Below, piece by piece: positions 19,122-26,009 of a DNA stretch of 57,863 nucleotides; positions within the stretch are counted from its first letter, which is position 1; every line of letters begins with the position of its first letter. Source of the DNA: a virus (taxonomy: Duplodnaviria; Caudoviricetes); the IMG/VR virus record IMGVR_UViG_3300037191_001144, positions 1 through 57,863 of that record; one strand, 5' to 3'. The translations under genes and the position numbers were made by a program. The notes beneath the pieces are model-generated. The model had not been told where the DNA came from. It searched no databases and saw only the letters and a list, made by a program, of their open reading frames with translations.

Positions 19122-19409
19122 CTAATATCCAGCCCTTCTTCCCCTTCTTGTTACCCTTAACTTAGTCTTAGTCTTGCCACTTCTTCTTACTTTGTCCTTC
19201 TGTTTGACTAATAAGTTTCCGTTAGAATCAAAAACCTTGAATACATTCTTAGTCTTAGACTTACCACCACGGTCAGTTTGAGAAGACTCGTTAACAGTAG
19301 TCTCCCCAGTAGATGTGTTCGTAACCTTATTAGTTTGGGTAACCTTCTTCCTCTTGCCCTTAATCGTGCTAGAAGAATTAGAGCTTACATCGTAGGACTT
19401 ACCGCTCAT
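19122..19409 (-). CDS. Basic S/T/K-rich hypothetical protein
   Basis: Start reassigned to MSGKS (ATGA overlap with upstream stop). Confidence 0.55.
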   Translation of the reverse strand: MSGKSYDVSSNSSSTIKGKRKKVTQTNKVTNTSTGETTVNESSQTDRGGKSKTKNVFKVFDSNGNLLVKQKDKVRRSGKTKTKLRVTRRGRRAGY

Positions 19410-19537
19410 CCCGAACAAGACTCACAGTCCTCAGGAGACTCAGTGCTACATACAGTCTCCCCAGATAAGATCTTGTCGTCCTGCTCCTTTAACTTCTTCT
19501 GATCTAAGAACAGAGGAGCGTCCAGGTCCTTGATCAT
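19406..19537 (-). CDS. 43-aa peptide ending in a CxxC tail (not in ORF track)
   Basis: MIKDLDAPLFLDQKKLKEQDDKILSGETVCSTESPEDCESCSG; ATGA-coupled on both sides. Confidence 0.65.
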   Translation of the reverse strand: MIKDLDAPLFLDQKKLKEQDDKILSGETVCSTESPEDCESCSG

Positions 19538-19716
19538 AAAGGCTTACGCATCTCAGCTAACTGGATGCCCTCAGCAATGCACTCAACCTTGTACTGGTGC
19601 TTGCGGTTCTTACGGACACGAGCAGCCATAGCAATGCCCGTCTCTCCATCAGGTCTGTTGTTTATGAGGCGACCGTCTTGGACAGTCAAGCCTGGTGTGT
19701 AGTTCTTATGTATCAT
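19534..19716 (-). CDS. Hypothetical protein
   Basis: 60 aa; -7 box TATCTTTG (19721-19728) 4 nt before ATG. Confidence 0.65.
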   Translation of the reverse strand: MIHKNYTPGLTVQDGRLINNRPDGETGIAMAARVRKNRKHQYKVECIAEGIQLAEMRKPL

Positions 19717-20181
19717 GTAGCAAAGATAGTGAAAATTTTTTTACGAGATATCTGGAAGTTGAGGGTTCTAGGTGATGTGACAGGCTGTGTGCCTCATATG
19801 AAAGTCGATGTTGATTCCGATGGGGGTCTTCGGTTTCAGAATTTCTTGTGGATTGTTTCAGGATTCCGCATAGCCTCGCGCCCTCTGTCTATGGTCTCTG
19901 TCTGTGCGCCCTATGTACGCTACGTCTCACGCATCCCCGAGCATTAAGTGCAGTAGTAATGGTATAGGTCTCACGCCCCGTATCCCGCCCCCTGAAGGGG
20001 GTAAACAAGGGAGGAAGGTGTACACAACCTCTCCTTAACACCTCCCCGACCCCTCACCTCACAAAATACTTTCAGGTAAGACATCTCTCTGTATCCCCTA
20101 TCTATGCTCATTCTACGCACATTGAATAAACTATTTTCGAAAGTTTCTTGCACTCATAGCATCAATACCCATTCTGTGAAC

Positions 20182-20189
20182 TATATTTG
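20182..20189 (+). promoter_or_regulatory. Putative early promoter -7 element (TATATTTG)
   Basis: TAnnTTTG immediately upstream of the first + strand early gene; -33 element unclear. Confidence 0.55.
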
Positions 20190-20217
20190 CACAAACGTTA
20201 AACAAATCATATACACC

Positions 20218-20289
20218 ATGCCTATACTACTACTCATCACTACCATCTTCACAATAATCGCATTCATTATTTCATTCATCACAGATTAA
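20218..20289 (+). CDS. 23-aa membrane peptide
   Basis: MPILLLITTIFTIIAFIISFITD after an A/C-rich leader. Confidence 0.4.
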   Translation: MPILLLITTIFTIIAFIISFITD

Positions 20290-20300
20290 TACACAACACA

Positions 20301-20552
20301 ATGACTATAACTGCCCACAACAAGATGCACCAGAGCAATGTCAACAAGGCTACGCAATGGTTAGAGAAGCACAACACATTCAATGCAGAGCGAGACCTAA
20401 TCGAGGATAGCTTAGAAGGTTATCCTGACGAGGATACTGCTTGGAGACGCATCAACAAGAAGTGCGAGGATTCATACGACAAGTACTTGTGCTATATGGA
20501 TGAGCTACCAAAGCGTGAGCAAGACCAAATAACCAAATCAGAATTATACTGA
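20301..20552 (+). CDS. Early hypothetical protein
   Basis: 83 aa, AATACACAACACA-ATG leader. Confidence 0.7.
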   Translation: MTITAHNKMHQSNVNKATQWLEKHNTFNAERDLIEDSLEGYPDEDTAWRRINKKCEDSYDKYLCYMDELPKREQDQITKSELY

Positions 20553-20602
20553 GTAACACTGACGAGTCCTTACTGGACGAAACGTCGAGAGACGTCTGTT
20601 AC
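20553..20602 (+). ncRNA. Type I hammerhead ribozyme HH1 (cleaves after GUC, C20596)
   Basis: GUAACA-CUGACGA-GUCC(UUACU)GGAC-GAAA-CGUC(GAGA)GACG-UC-UGUUAC: full catalytic core and three stems. Confidence 0.93.
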
Positions 20603-20626
20603 ATTTATTCATCAATACACAACACC

Positions 20627-20875
20627 ATGAACAAATCCGAAGAACTAAACTACAAACTGCATCTAGACCGAATTGACGTGTGCTACAAGGTAGACGCAAA
20701 AGGAAGACCATATTACCAAGAACTTTTCCACGAGATGATATCTTGCATTATTGATGCGGAGCTATCAACTACTGAGGAGAACAGAGAGCTAAGGAAAGCG
20801 CTTAAGGTTGCTACTATTCAGATGAAAATTCAAGACCTTGAGAACGAACTTGACACCTTAACAATCACTGAGTAA
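20627..20875 (+). CDS. Early hypothetical protein flanked by HH1 and HH2
   Basis: 82 aa; stop TAA lies inside HH2 stem I. Confidence 0.7.
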   Translation: MNKSEELNYKLHLDRIDVCYKVDAKGRPYYQELFHEMISCIIDAELSTTEENRELRKALKVATIQMKIQDLENELDTLTITE

Positions 20876-20921
20876 CACTGACGAGACTTCAATAGTCGAA
20901 ACGCTGAGAAGCGTCTGTTAC
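20872..20921 (+). ncRNA. Type I hammerhead ribozyme HH2 (cleaves after GUC, C20915)
   Basis: GUAACA-CUGACGA-GACU(UCAAU)AGUC-GAAA-CGCU(GAGA)AGCG-UC-UGUUAC; stems II and III covary with HH1. Confidence 0.93.
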
Positions 20922-20948
20922 AAATTTTATTCACTAATACACAATACA

Positions 20949-21173
20949 ATGAACAATTTTAGAGTAGTAAGAACGAGAATGATTGACATCGATAATGTAC
21001 ACATAGACATACACTTTGGAAGTGATGACAAAATAGTCGCATCAGGTCAGTACAACATCCGTACCAATTGGGCACACGTTACTCGTGAGGAGGAGTATGA
21101 ACGTATGCTTGGCGATGATTGGGAGGACCAGATGCAAGAGGCCATCGAAGAGAGGACGATAGAGATAGGTTAA
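20949..21173 (+). CDS. Early hypothetical protein
   Basis: 74 aa after the conserved leader. Confidence 0.7.
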   Translation: MNNFRVVRTRMIDIDNVHIDIHFGSDDKIVASGQYNIRTNWAHVTREEEYERMLGDDWEDQMQEAIEERTIEIG

Positions 21174-21179
21174 CCAACA

Positions 21180-21226
21180 AGCGGAGTCAGTGCGTGACTC
21201 GAACGGATTCGCTCCCGTTCTCCGCT
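21180..21226 (+). ncRNA. 47-nt three-way-junction, tRNA-elbow-like RNA, copy B1
   Basis: AGCGGA-GUCA(GUGCG)UGAC-UC-GAACGG(AUUCGCUC)CCGUUC-UCCGCU; covaries with B2 and B3. Confidence 0.8.
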
Positions 21227-21255
21227 CTAATTATTATTCACTAATACCCAATACA

Positions 21256-21438
21256 ATGAACGATTTAATTACAATTCAAGGCTTACAAGATGCTCTCAAC
21301 CTTTCAATGAGAGAAGTGAAAGACCTAAGAGATAAGTTAGAGATTACGGAAAAGTATCTCCATAACTATGTTATCCAAGCAGAAAGGACCATAGACACCC
21401 TGATGAAGCCTTATAGCGAGGCAGTACAAACCAAGTAA
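21256..21438 (+). CDS. Early hypothetical coiled-coil protein
   Basis: Start reassigned to ATG 21256 after the conserved leader; stop inside HH3 stem I. Confidence 0.7.
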   Translation: MNDLITIQGLQDALNLSMREVKDLRDKLEITEKYLHNYVIQAERTIDTLMKPYSEAVQTK

Positions 21439-21484
21439 CACTGATGAGACCTGAATGGTCGAAACGTCGTGAGACGTATGTTAC
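21435..21484 (+). ncRNA. Type I hammerhead ribozyme HH3 (cleaves after GUA, A21478)
   Basis: GUAACA-CUGAUGA-GACC(UGAAU)GGUC-GAAA-CGUC(GUGA)GACG-UA-UGUUAC. Confidence 0.93.
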
Positions 21485-21510
21485 AAATTTTATTCACTAA
21501 TCTAATACCT

Positions 21511-21750
21511 ATGACATTACAAGACAAGATTGAACACACAACCGCGATAGCTGATGCTATCCAGCGCAGAGAGGACTACTACACCCTTGAGATTTTAATG
21601 GGTGAAAGCCACCCTTTAGGTTATAGTCCTCAGACATCAGAACTGAGACAAATCGAACTACCTGCACCACAGATTGCAGGTACGATGGTCCAGCGCAGAA
21701 GCTACGCGATGGGCAAAGCTATGGACATCCTTAACACCCTATCACTATGA
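21511..21750 (+). CDS. Early hypothetical protein
   Basis: Start reassigned to MTLQDK after the conserved leader. Confidence 0.65.
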   Translation: MTLQDKIEHTTAIADAIQRREDYYTLEILMGESHPLGYSPQTSELRQIELPAPQIAGTMVQRRSYAMGKAMDILNTLSL

Positions 21751-22022
21751 AAAAACTTTATAGTATACATAGAAAGTGTCACGCCATCTACGAAGAGTTT
21801 GGAGGATACGACTACAACGATAAGATGATTTATCAGCTACGCGGACTCGACGCTGACATCGAAGAGTGTAGCGAGTGTATGGAAGAGTTGTCCAGCCAAA
21901 GAGAAAGAGAGGTACTATACAAAGGGGCTCTTGCTAACGCAGACGCTACTCTCCTATGGTTTGAATGGGTGAAGAAGATGATGGTCCTTAAATCAAAAGA
22001 GCCATCTGCCATCTTTGGTTAG
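21747..22022 (+). CDS. Early hypothetical protein
   Basis: 91 aa, ATGA-coupled. Confidence 0.65.
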   Translation: MKKLYSIHRKCHAIYEEFGGYDYNDKMIYQLRGLDADIEECSECMEELSSQREREVLYKGALANADATLLWFEWVKKMMVLKSKEPSAIFG

Positions 22023-22029
22023 ACCTACA

Positions 22030-22076
22030 AGCGGAGGTAGTGCGTACCTCGAGATGATTCGCCTCGTCTCTCCGCT
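22030..22076 (+). ncRNA. 47-nt three-way-junction RNA, copy B2
   Basis: AGCGGA-GGUA(GUGCG)UACC-UC-GAGAUG(AUUCGCCU)CGUCUC-UCCGCU. Confidence 0.8.
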
Positions 22077-22105
22077 CTAATTATTATTCACTAATCTAAT
22101 ACAAT

Positions 22106-22261
22106 ATGAATTTAGGATACATAGAACACAGAAAGGGCAAGTACTCTGTCCTCGTAGACATTATAGATTTAGGGCCTTTCGGAATGTCGCCTTGCTTCAG
22201 CAAAGGCTTTGACACACGAACAGAGGCAGAAGAACACTCGAACAAATTAAATTTAAAATGA
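22106..22261 (+). CDS. 51-aa early protein (not in ORF track)
   Basis: MNLGYIEHRKGKYSV... directly after the conserved leader. Confidence 0.6.
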   Translation: MNLGYIEHRKGKYSVLVDIIDLGPFGMSPCFSKGFDTRTEAEEHSNKLNLK

Positions 22262-22410
22262 TGACTACACAAGAGAAATTCGAATACACAAGAGGTTTGG
22301 AGAAGCAAATCGAAAAGCAAGAAGCATTAATCGAACACCTTAGAAAGACCATACTTGCTTACTCAGAAAGAATGGAAACTATAACTAAAATCAAAAACCT
22401 ATTAAAATGA
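22258..22410 (+). CDS. 50-aa early protein (not in ORF track)
   Basis: MMTTQEKFEYTRG...; ATGA-coupled on both sides. Confidence 0.55.
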   Translation: MMTTQEKFEYTRGLEKQIEKQEALIEHLRKTILAYSERMETITKIKNLLK

Positions 22411-22646
22411 AATACAAATCAGTATACGCAGTACACCACCTAAGCCATCTACTTGGCGATTGTGAGACCGATCTATTTTTCTCAGAGGCTGACGCGAGAG
22501 CGTTCTTTCTTAAGCTAATGATGGAGGTCGAAGACTCTTCAGACGAGGTTGAGATACTAACCGACGAAGCAGATGAATTGTACTACTGCAATGAGTCTTC
22601 AGGAGAGTACATCAGAATCGTAATAGAACAAATTAAAATCAAATAA
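22407..22646 (+). CDS. Early acidic hypothetical protein
   Basis: 79 aa, ATGA-coupled. Confidence 0.65.
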   Translation: MKYKSVYAVHHLSHLLGDCETDLFFSEADARAFFLKLMMEVEDSSDEVEILTDEADELYYCNESSGEYIRIVIEQIKIK

Positions 22647-22652
22647 AACACA

Positions 22653-22740
22653 TACACGTAATCTGTGGTGGTTCGCAGATGGATTGTTACTCTTTACGCA
22701 TAGAGAATAGCAATGGGGTTCGACTCCCCTACGTGTACCA
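22653..22740 (+). ncRNA. 8/4 tRNA-like RNA C1, ending in CCA
   Basis: Acceptor UACACGUA/UACGUGUA, T arm GGGG(UUCGACU)CCCC, 7-bp D-like arm with GG loop, elongated anticodon-like arm. Confidence 0.7.
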
Positions 22741-22766
22741 ATTAATATTCACTAATACATAATACA

Positions 22767-23054
22767 ATGACAGATAATTTAGGACAATACACGCTCCGCG
22801 AAGTGGAGAAGTTATTTAAGAAGTTAGACCGAATGAATATCGCAGTCCAGAAGAACTACGGGTACGACTTCGAGCACGGAGACAGACCCGCTTTGTGGAT
22901 TTGGACCGAGGGCATTACGGAGGAGACAGAGATGCATATAGACTACTATGCCAATCACGGATGCCCGAGTGAGAAACTTGCTCAGGTCTTATATGACGCT
23001 GAGTCTTATGCTGAGTGGGATAACTCTGCGGTATGTTGTATTTACAAAGTTTAA
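22767..23054 (+). CDS. Early hypothetical protein
   Basis: 95 aa after the conserved leader. Confidence 0.7.
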   Translation: MTDNLGQYTLREVEKLFKKLDRMNIAVQKNYGYDFEHGDRPALWIWTEGITEETEMHIDYYANHGCPSEKLAQVLYDAESYAEWDNSAVCCIYKV

Positions 23055-23059
23055 TCAGT

Positions 23060-23275
23060 ATGGAAGAGAAATTTAGCGACTGCTGTGGAGTCTCCTCTAG
23101 CGAGGAGGATATCCTACGCGATACTTGTCCTGACTGCAAGGAACATTGCGAGTTTAATAACGTAGCACACACGTGCGTCAATTGTGGAGACACAGAAGTA
23201 GAGGTTGAGGGTCAACCTTGCTCAATAGAATGCCACCGAGAGTATTGGGGCGAAATGAACAGAGATGAAAGATAA
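23060..23275 (+). CDS. Small Cys-rich, zinc-finger-like protein
   Basis: SDCC, CPDCKEHC, CVNC, CSIEC; start reassigned to MEEKF. Confidence 0.65.
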   Translation: MEEKFSDCCGVSSSEEDILRDTCPDCKEHCEFNNVAHTCVNCGDTEVEVEGQPCSIECHREYWGEMNRDER

Positions 23276-23483
23276 CAATATGGAATTAATGGACAGAATA
23301 ATAGCCTATGAAGAGGGCAACATCGACGAAGCTGGTATCCTTCAGCTATTTGCGGAGTTAATCAAGTCAGGAATGGCTTGGTCTCTTCAGGGTCACTACG
23401 GCAGAACTGCGAAAGCCTTAATAGACGCAGAATACATAAGTGAGGATGGACAAACCATCTTCTACCAAGACATAGTACAATGA
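23265..23483 (+). CDS. Small phage protein (LIKSGMAWSLQGHYGRTA motif)
   Basis: 72 aa with a distinctive motif seen in many phages (recollection). Confidence 0.7.
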   Translation: MKDNNMELMDRIIAYEEGNIDEAGILQLFAELIKSGMAWSLQGHYGRTAKALIDAEYISEDGQTIFYQDIVQ

Positions 23484-23638
23484 ATCAAAATACAAGATCT
23501 TTCAGGTACTGCATAACGACCCTCGCAATATGGGCAGTAGCATTCTACCTTATCCTTTGCCTAGTCTCTTGCTCGGCAACCAAGTCAGCCAACGTATACG
23601 GCAATCCAAATACTGATAGGTGCGAGGCATATTACTAA
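23480..23638 (+). CDS. 52-aa putative lipoprotein (not in ORF track)
   Basis: Hydrophobic stretch followed by lipobox LVSC; ATGA-coupled. Confidence 0.55.
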   Translation: MNQNTRSFRYCITTLAIWAVAFYLILCLVSCSATKSANVYGNPNTDRCEAYY

Positions 23639-23645
23639 CCCAACA

Positions 23646-23692
23646 AGCAGTGGTAGTGCGTACCGAGAAGAGATTCGCCCCTCTTCACTGCT
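23646..23692 (+). ncRNA. 47-nt three-way-junction RNA, copy B3
   Basis: AGCAGU-GGUA(GUGCG)UACC-GA-GAAGAG(AUUCGCCC)CUCUUC-ACUGCU; compensatory changes in P1 and P3. Confidence 0.8.
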
Positions 23693-23782
23693 CAATTGTT
23701 AATAACTTTGATAATATAATTAGGAATTAGACAAAGTACGAACTATCTTTACACTATCTATAAACATTTAATCTAATACATT

Positions 23783-24007
23783 ATGATACAAGTAACAAGT
23801 AAACTATTCGGTAGCCTTGAGTTACCACTTACCTTAGCTGAGTTTAGCAAAGACCAAGACTCTTGGGGGGCATTGAGTAAGCACATAGTATACCACATAT
23901 ATACTGACGAAGCTATTCGAGTACTACTCTACGCAGTAAAAGATGGCGAGACAGACACAAGCCAAGAGTTAGAGATTATAACCGAAAGAAATATGATATT
24001 CAGATGA
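23783..24007 (+). CDS. Hypothetical protein
   Basis: 74 aa with AATCTAATACATT-ATG leader. Confidence 0.65.
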   Translation: MIQVTSKLFGSLELPLTLAEFSKDQDSWGALSKHIVYHIYTDEAIRVLLYAVKDGETDTSQELEIITERNMIFR

Positions 24008-24138
24008 AGGTTACAATACACACAGACAAGCCTGAGTATGCGGTAGCTAAGAAGGTATGGGATGACATATTCAACAACGACACATTGATATACGACAAGT
24101 TCGACGAGTACTTCTACCACGAATTTTATAAAAACTAA
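24004..24138 (+). CDS. 44-aa hypothetical protein (not in ORF track)
   Basis: MKVTIHTDKPEYAV...; ATGA-coupled. Confidence 0.5.
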   Translation: MKVTIHTDKPEYAVAKKVWDDIFNNDTLIYDKFDEYFYHEFYKN

Positions 24139-24142
24139 TCAG

Positions 24143-24391
24143 ATGAACTACAACAAAAGATACACGATGGAGGAGAACGGGGTCACATACGACTGCGAGG
24201 TAAACGTAAACACCGAAGAAAGCTACGGAAGTTTTGAAATCTACGACGTAGACGATTCAGATGGGTACTACGAGGCGGGTGGCTTATGGTTTGAGGGAAA
24301 CGTACTCAGAGACTACGATGGAGTATACGAACTACCTGAGTGCGTAAAGGCTACGCTCACACAATGGAACTTTAATTTAGAAGAGATATAA
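24143..24391 (+). CDS. Acidic hypothetical protein (GGLWF...DYDGVYELP)
   Basis: 82-aa ORF. Confidence 0.7.
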   Translation: MNYNKRYTMEENGVTYDCEVNVNTEESYGSFEIYDVDDSDGYYEAGGLWFEGNVLRDYDGVYELPECVKATLTQWNFNLEEI

Positions 24392-24396
24392 CAACA

Positions 24397-24506
24397 TACA
24401 CGTAGCATTGTAGGTTTGCAAAAACTTCAGGATACAATGTAGGCGTTCCCTCAATAGGTTTTCTGAATTTCCTATACGGGTGCGAGGTTCGACTCCTCTA
24501 CGTGTA
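24397..24506 (+). ncRNA. 8/4 tRNA-like RNA C2 with enlarged interior
   Basis: Same acceptor as C1 (UACACGUA/UACGUGUA); T arm GAGG(UUCGACU)CCUC; internal stems GCAUUGUA/UACAAUGU and a GCAA tetraloop hairpin. Confidence 0.68.
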
Positions 24507-24529
24507 CTCATTAATTAAACTCAAATAAA

Positions 24530-24817
24530 ATGAAAGACACAAACCAAGTACAAGAAGCCCTTGAAAGCAAGGCAAAGAAAGAACTGCAAAAGATTGTAGA
24601 CGAGTTTACGGAGGCGCTTACCAAACTAGATAGTACATACCGTTCAGCGACGTCGTATGTTATGAAAGAAAGTCGTAGCACAGAAGCCAAAGTGTTTACT
24701 TATGTCACACCTTCTAACTTAGACCATATGCTTCACGAGATGCTCGTAGACGCTTACCTAAAACCTATGGTACACAAAAAAACACAAGAGTTATTAAACA
24801 AACTTGAATTAATATAA
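24530..24817 (+). CDS. Hypothetical protein
   Basis: 95-aa ORF with AT-rich leader. Confidence 0.65.
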   Translation: MKDTNQVQEALESKAKKELQKIVDEFTEALTKLDSTYRSATSYVMKESRSTEAKVFTYVTPSNLDHMLHEMLVDAYLKPMVHKKTQELLNKLELI

Positions 24818-24821
24818 CATC

Positions 24822-25016
24822 ATGAAGAAGAAAGAAGAATTTACTTTTGAAGTCGTCCTCAAGGACGCAATGGAAAACACTAAGTACTACCAAGATCGAT
24901 TGATACAGAACGAAGACGAAAAGATGGAGAGATACTATCAGTCTAAGTATATGGAGGCTCTGTATTATCAGAAAGGATTAGTCGTAGGCCAGAAACTACT
25001 AAGCAAAGAGTCATGA
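24822..25016 (+). CDS. Hypothetical protein
   Basis: 64-aa ORF in operon. Confidence 0.6.
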   Translation: MKKKEEFTFEVVLKDAMENTKYYQDRLIQNEDEKMERYYQSKYMEALYYQKGLVVGQKLLSKES

Positions 25017-25303
25017 ATGATAAAGACAACAAAATAATTGCCCTATTCATGGGGTTGAAACCCCACCATCAGGATGCGGGTTACCTAATAGACGAGAGCA
25101 AAGATGAAGGCTACGAAGCCATACACGAATCGTGTTTCTTATACGACTCGTCATGGGATTGGTTAGTCCCCGTAGTACAGAAGATTGAGGAAGAGTGCGG
25201 GGGTGTACCTAAGCAATTGCTTGACGTCAGTTTCTATGATGAGATAGGAGATGTATACCAAGCAGTAGTAGAATTTATTAAAACATACAACGATGAAAAA
25301 TAA
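25013..25303 (+). CDS. SWDWLxPV-family paralog 1
   Basis: NKIIALFMG...YDSSWDWLVPVVQKI...AVVEFIK. Confidence 0.75.
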   Translation: MNDKDNKIIALFMGLKPHHQDAGYLIDESKDEGYEAIHESCFLYDSSWDWLVPVVQKIEEECGGVPKQLLDVSFYDEIGDVYQAVVEFIKTYNDEK

Positions 25304-25502
25304 TAAACTAATAGGAGACTTTATGGACATCCGAAGTACGGGGTTGTCTGTATATAAAGAGAGCGCATACAAATACCACGAGTCATGGGATTGGTTGATG
25401 CCCGTAGTTGAGAGGATAGGTGATGAGAATCTTTTATCTATTGACATAGACGTAGCATACGATAGAGTAGTAGAATTTATTAAAGAATATAACAATGAAT
25501 AG
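25293..25502 (+). CDS. SWDWLxPV-family paralog 2
   Basis: NKLIGDFM...YHESWDWLMPVVERI...VVEFIK. Confidence 0.75.
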   Translation: MKNNKLIGDFMDIRSTGLSVYKESAYKYHESWDWLMPVVERIGDENLLSIDIDVAYDRVVEFIKEYNNE

Positions 25503-25788
25503 AGAAATATATAACATCATTTTAATACACACCGCACGGACGTGGGAAAGGATACGTATAACACGACCTCATCAGGAGATGCCATTCGATAACATAGGTT
25601 CAGCGGAGCAGATAGAAAACATCGCGTCTACCATATACAACGGCGACATCATACAAGGTTTTCTTAACGCGCCTGATGATCTATCTAAGGATAGATGGTG
25701 GATAGACAAAACAATAGATGGGATGTCCGATGTGTACATAGAGAATGAGGCAGAACGAATTATTAACAACGTATACCTACGACTATGA
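25495..25788 (+). CDS. Hypothetical protein
   Basis: 97 aa, overlapping operon organisation. Confidence 0.6.
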   Translation: MNREIYNIILIHTARTWERIRITRPHQEMPFDNIGSAEQIENIASTIYNGDIIQGFLNAPDDLSKDRWWIDKTIDGMSDVYIENEAERIINNVYLRL

Positions 25789-26009
25789 AAGATAAAATAT
25801 ACATAGACAACTCACGATTCATGGAGTTAATAGATGAGATTGTAACGCAGATAACTGAGGCTGAATTTAAGGAGCAAACAAGTAAGTTAGCTGAAAATGG
25901 AGACTGGGTGTTACAAGGAGAAGCACAAGACTTCTATAACGAGAAGTACAAGGAGTACGAAAACCTATTTAATAACATAGCAAATATACTTAGCGATGCA
26001 AGACAATAA
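25785..26009 (+). CDS. Hypothetical protein
   Basis: 74 aa, ATGA-coupled. Confidence 0.6.
   Translation: MKDKIYIDNSRFMELIDEIVTQITEAEFKEQTSKLAENGDWVLQGEAQDFYNEKYKEYENLFNNIANILSDARQ

Noticed and set aside
19597-20153. ORFs 19597-19947 (+) and 19971-20153 (-)
   Set aside because: No typical leader, atypical composition, and the first overlaps a promoter-supported gene on the other strand.
20421-20450. CTGACGA inside ORF 20301-20552 as a fourth hammerhead
   Set aside because: No stem II followed by GAAA and no stem III/NUH; it is just a TATCC/GGATA hairpin in coding sequence.
21190-21510. ORF-track starts at 21190 and 21469
   Set aside because: They begin inside structured RNAs (B1 loop, HH3 loop); the conserved leader points to ATGs at 21256 and 21511.
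20553-23692. Early-region repeats as a CRISPR array or integron attC sites
   Set aside because: Spacers are whole genes of variable length; repeats covary as RNA structures; no cas or integrase gene; no attC RYYYAAC/GTTRRRY box pairs in B or C.
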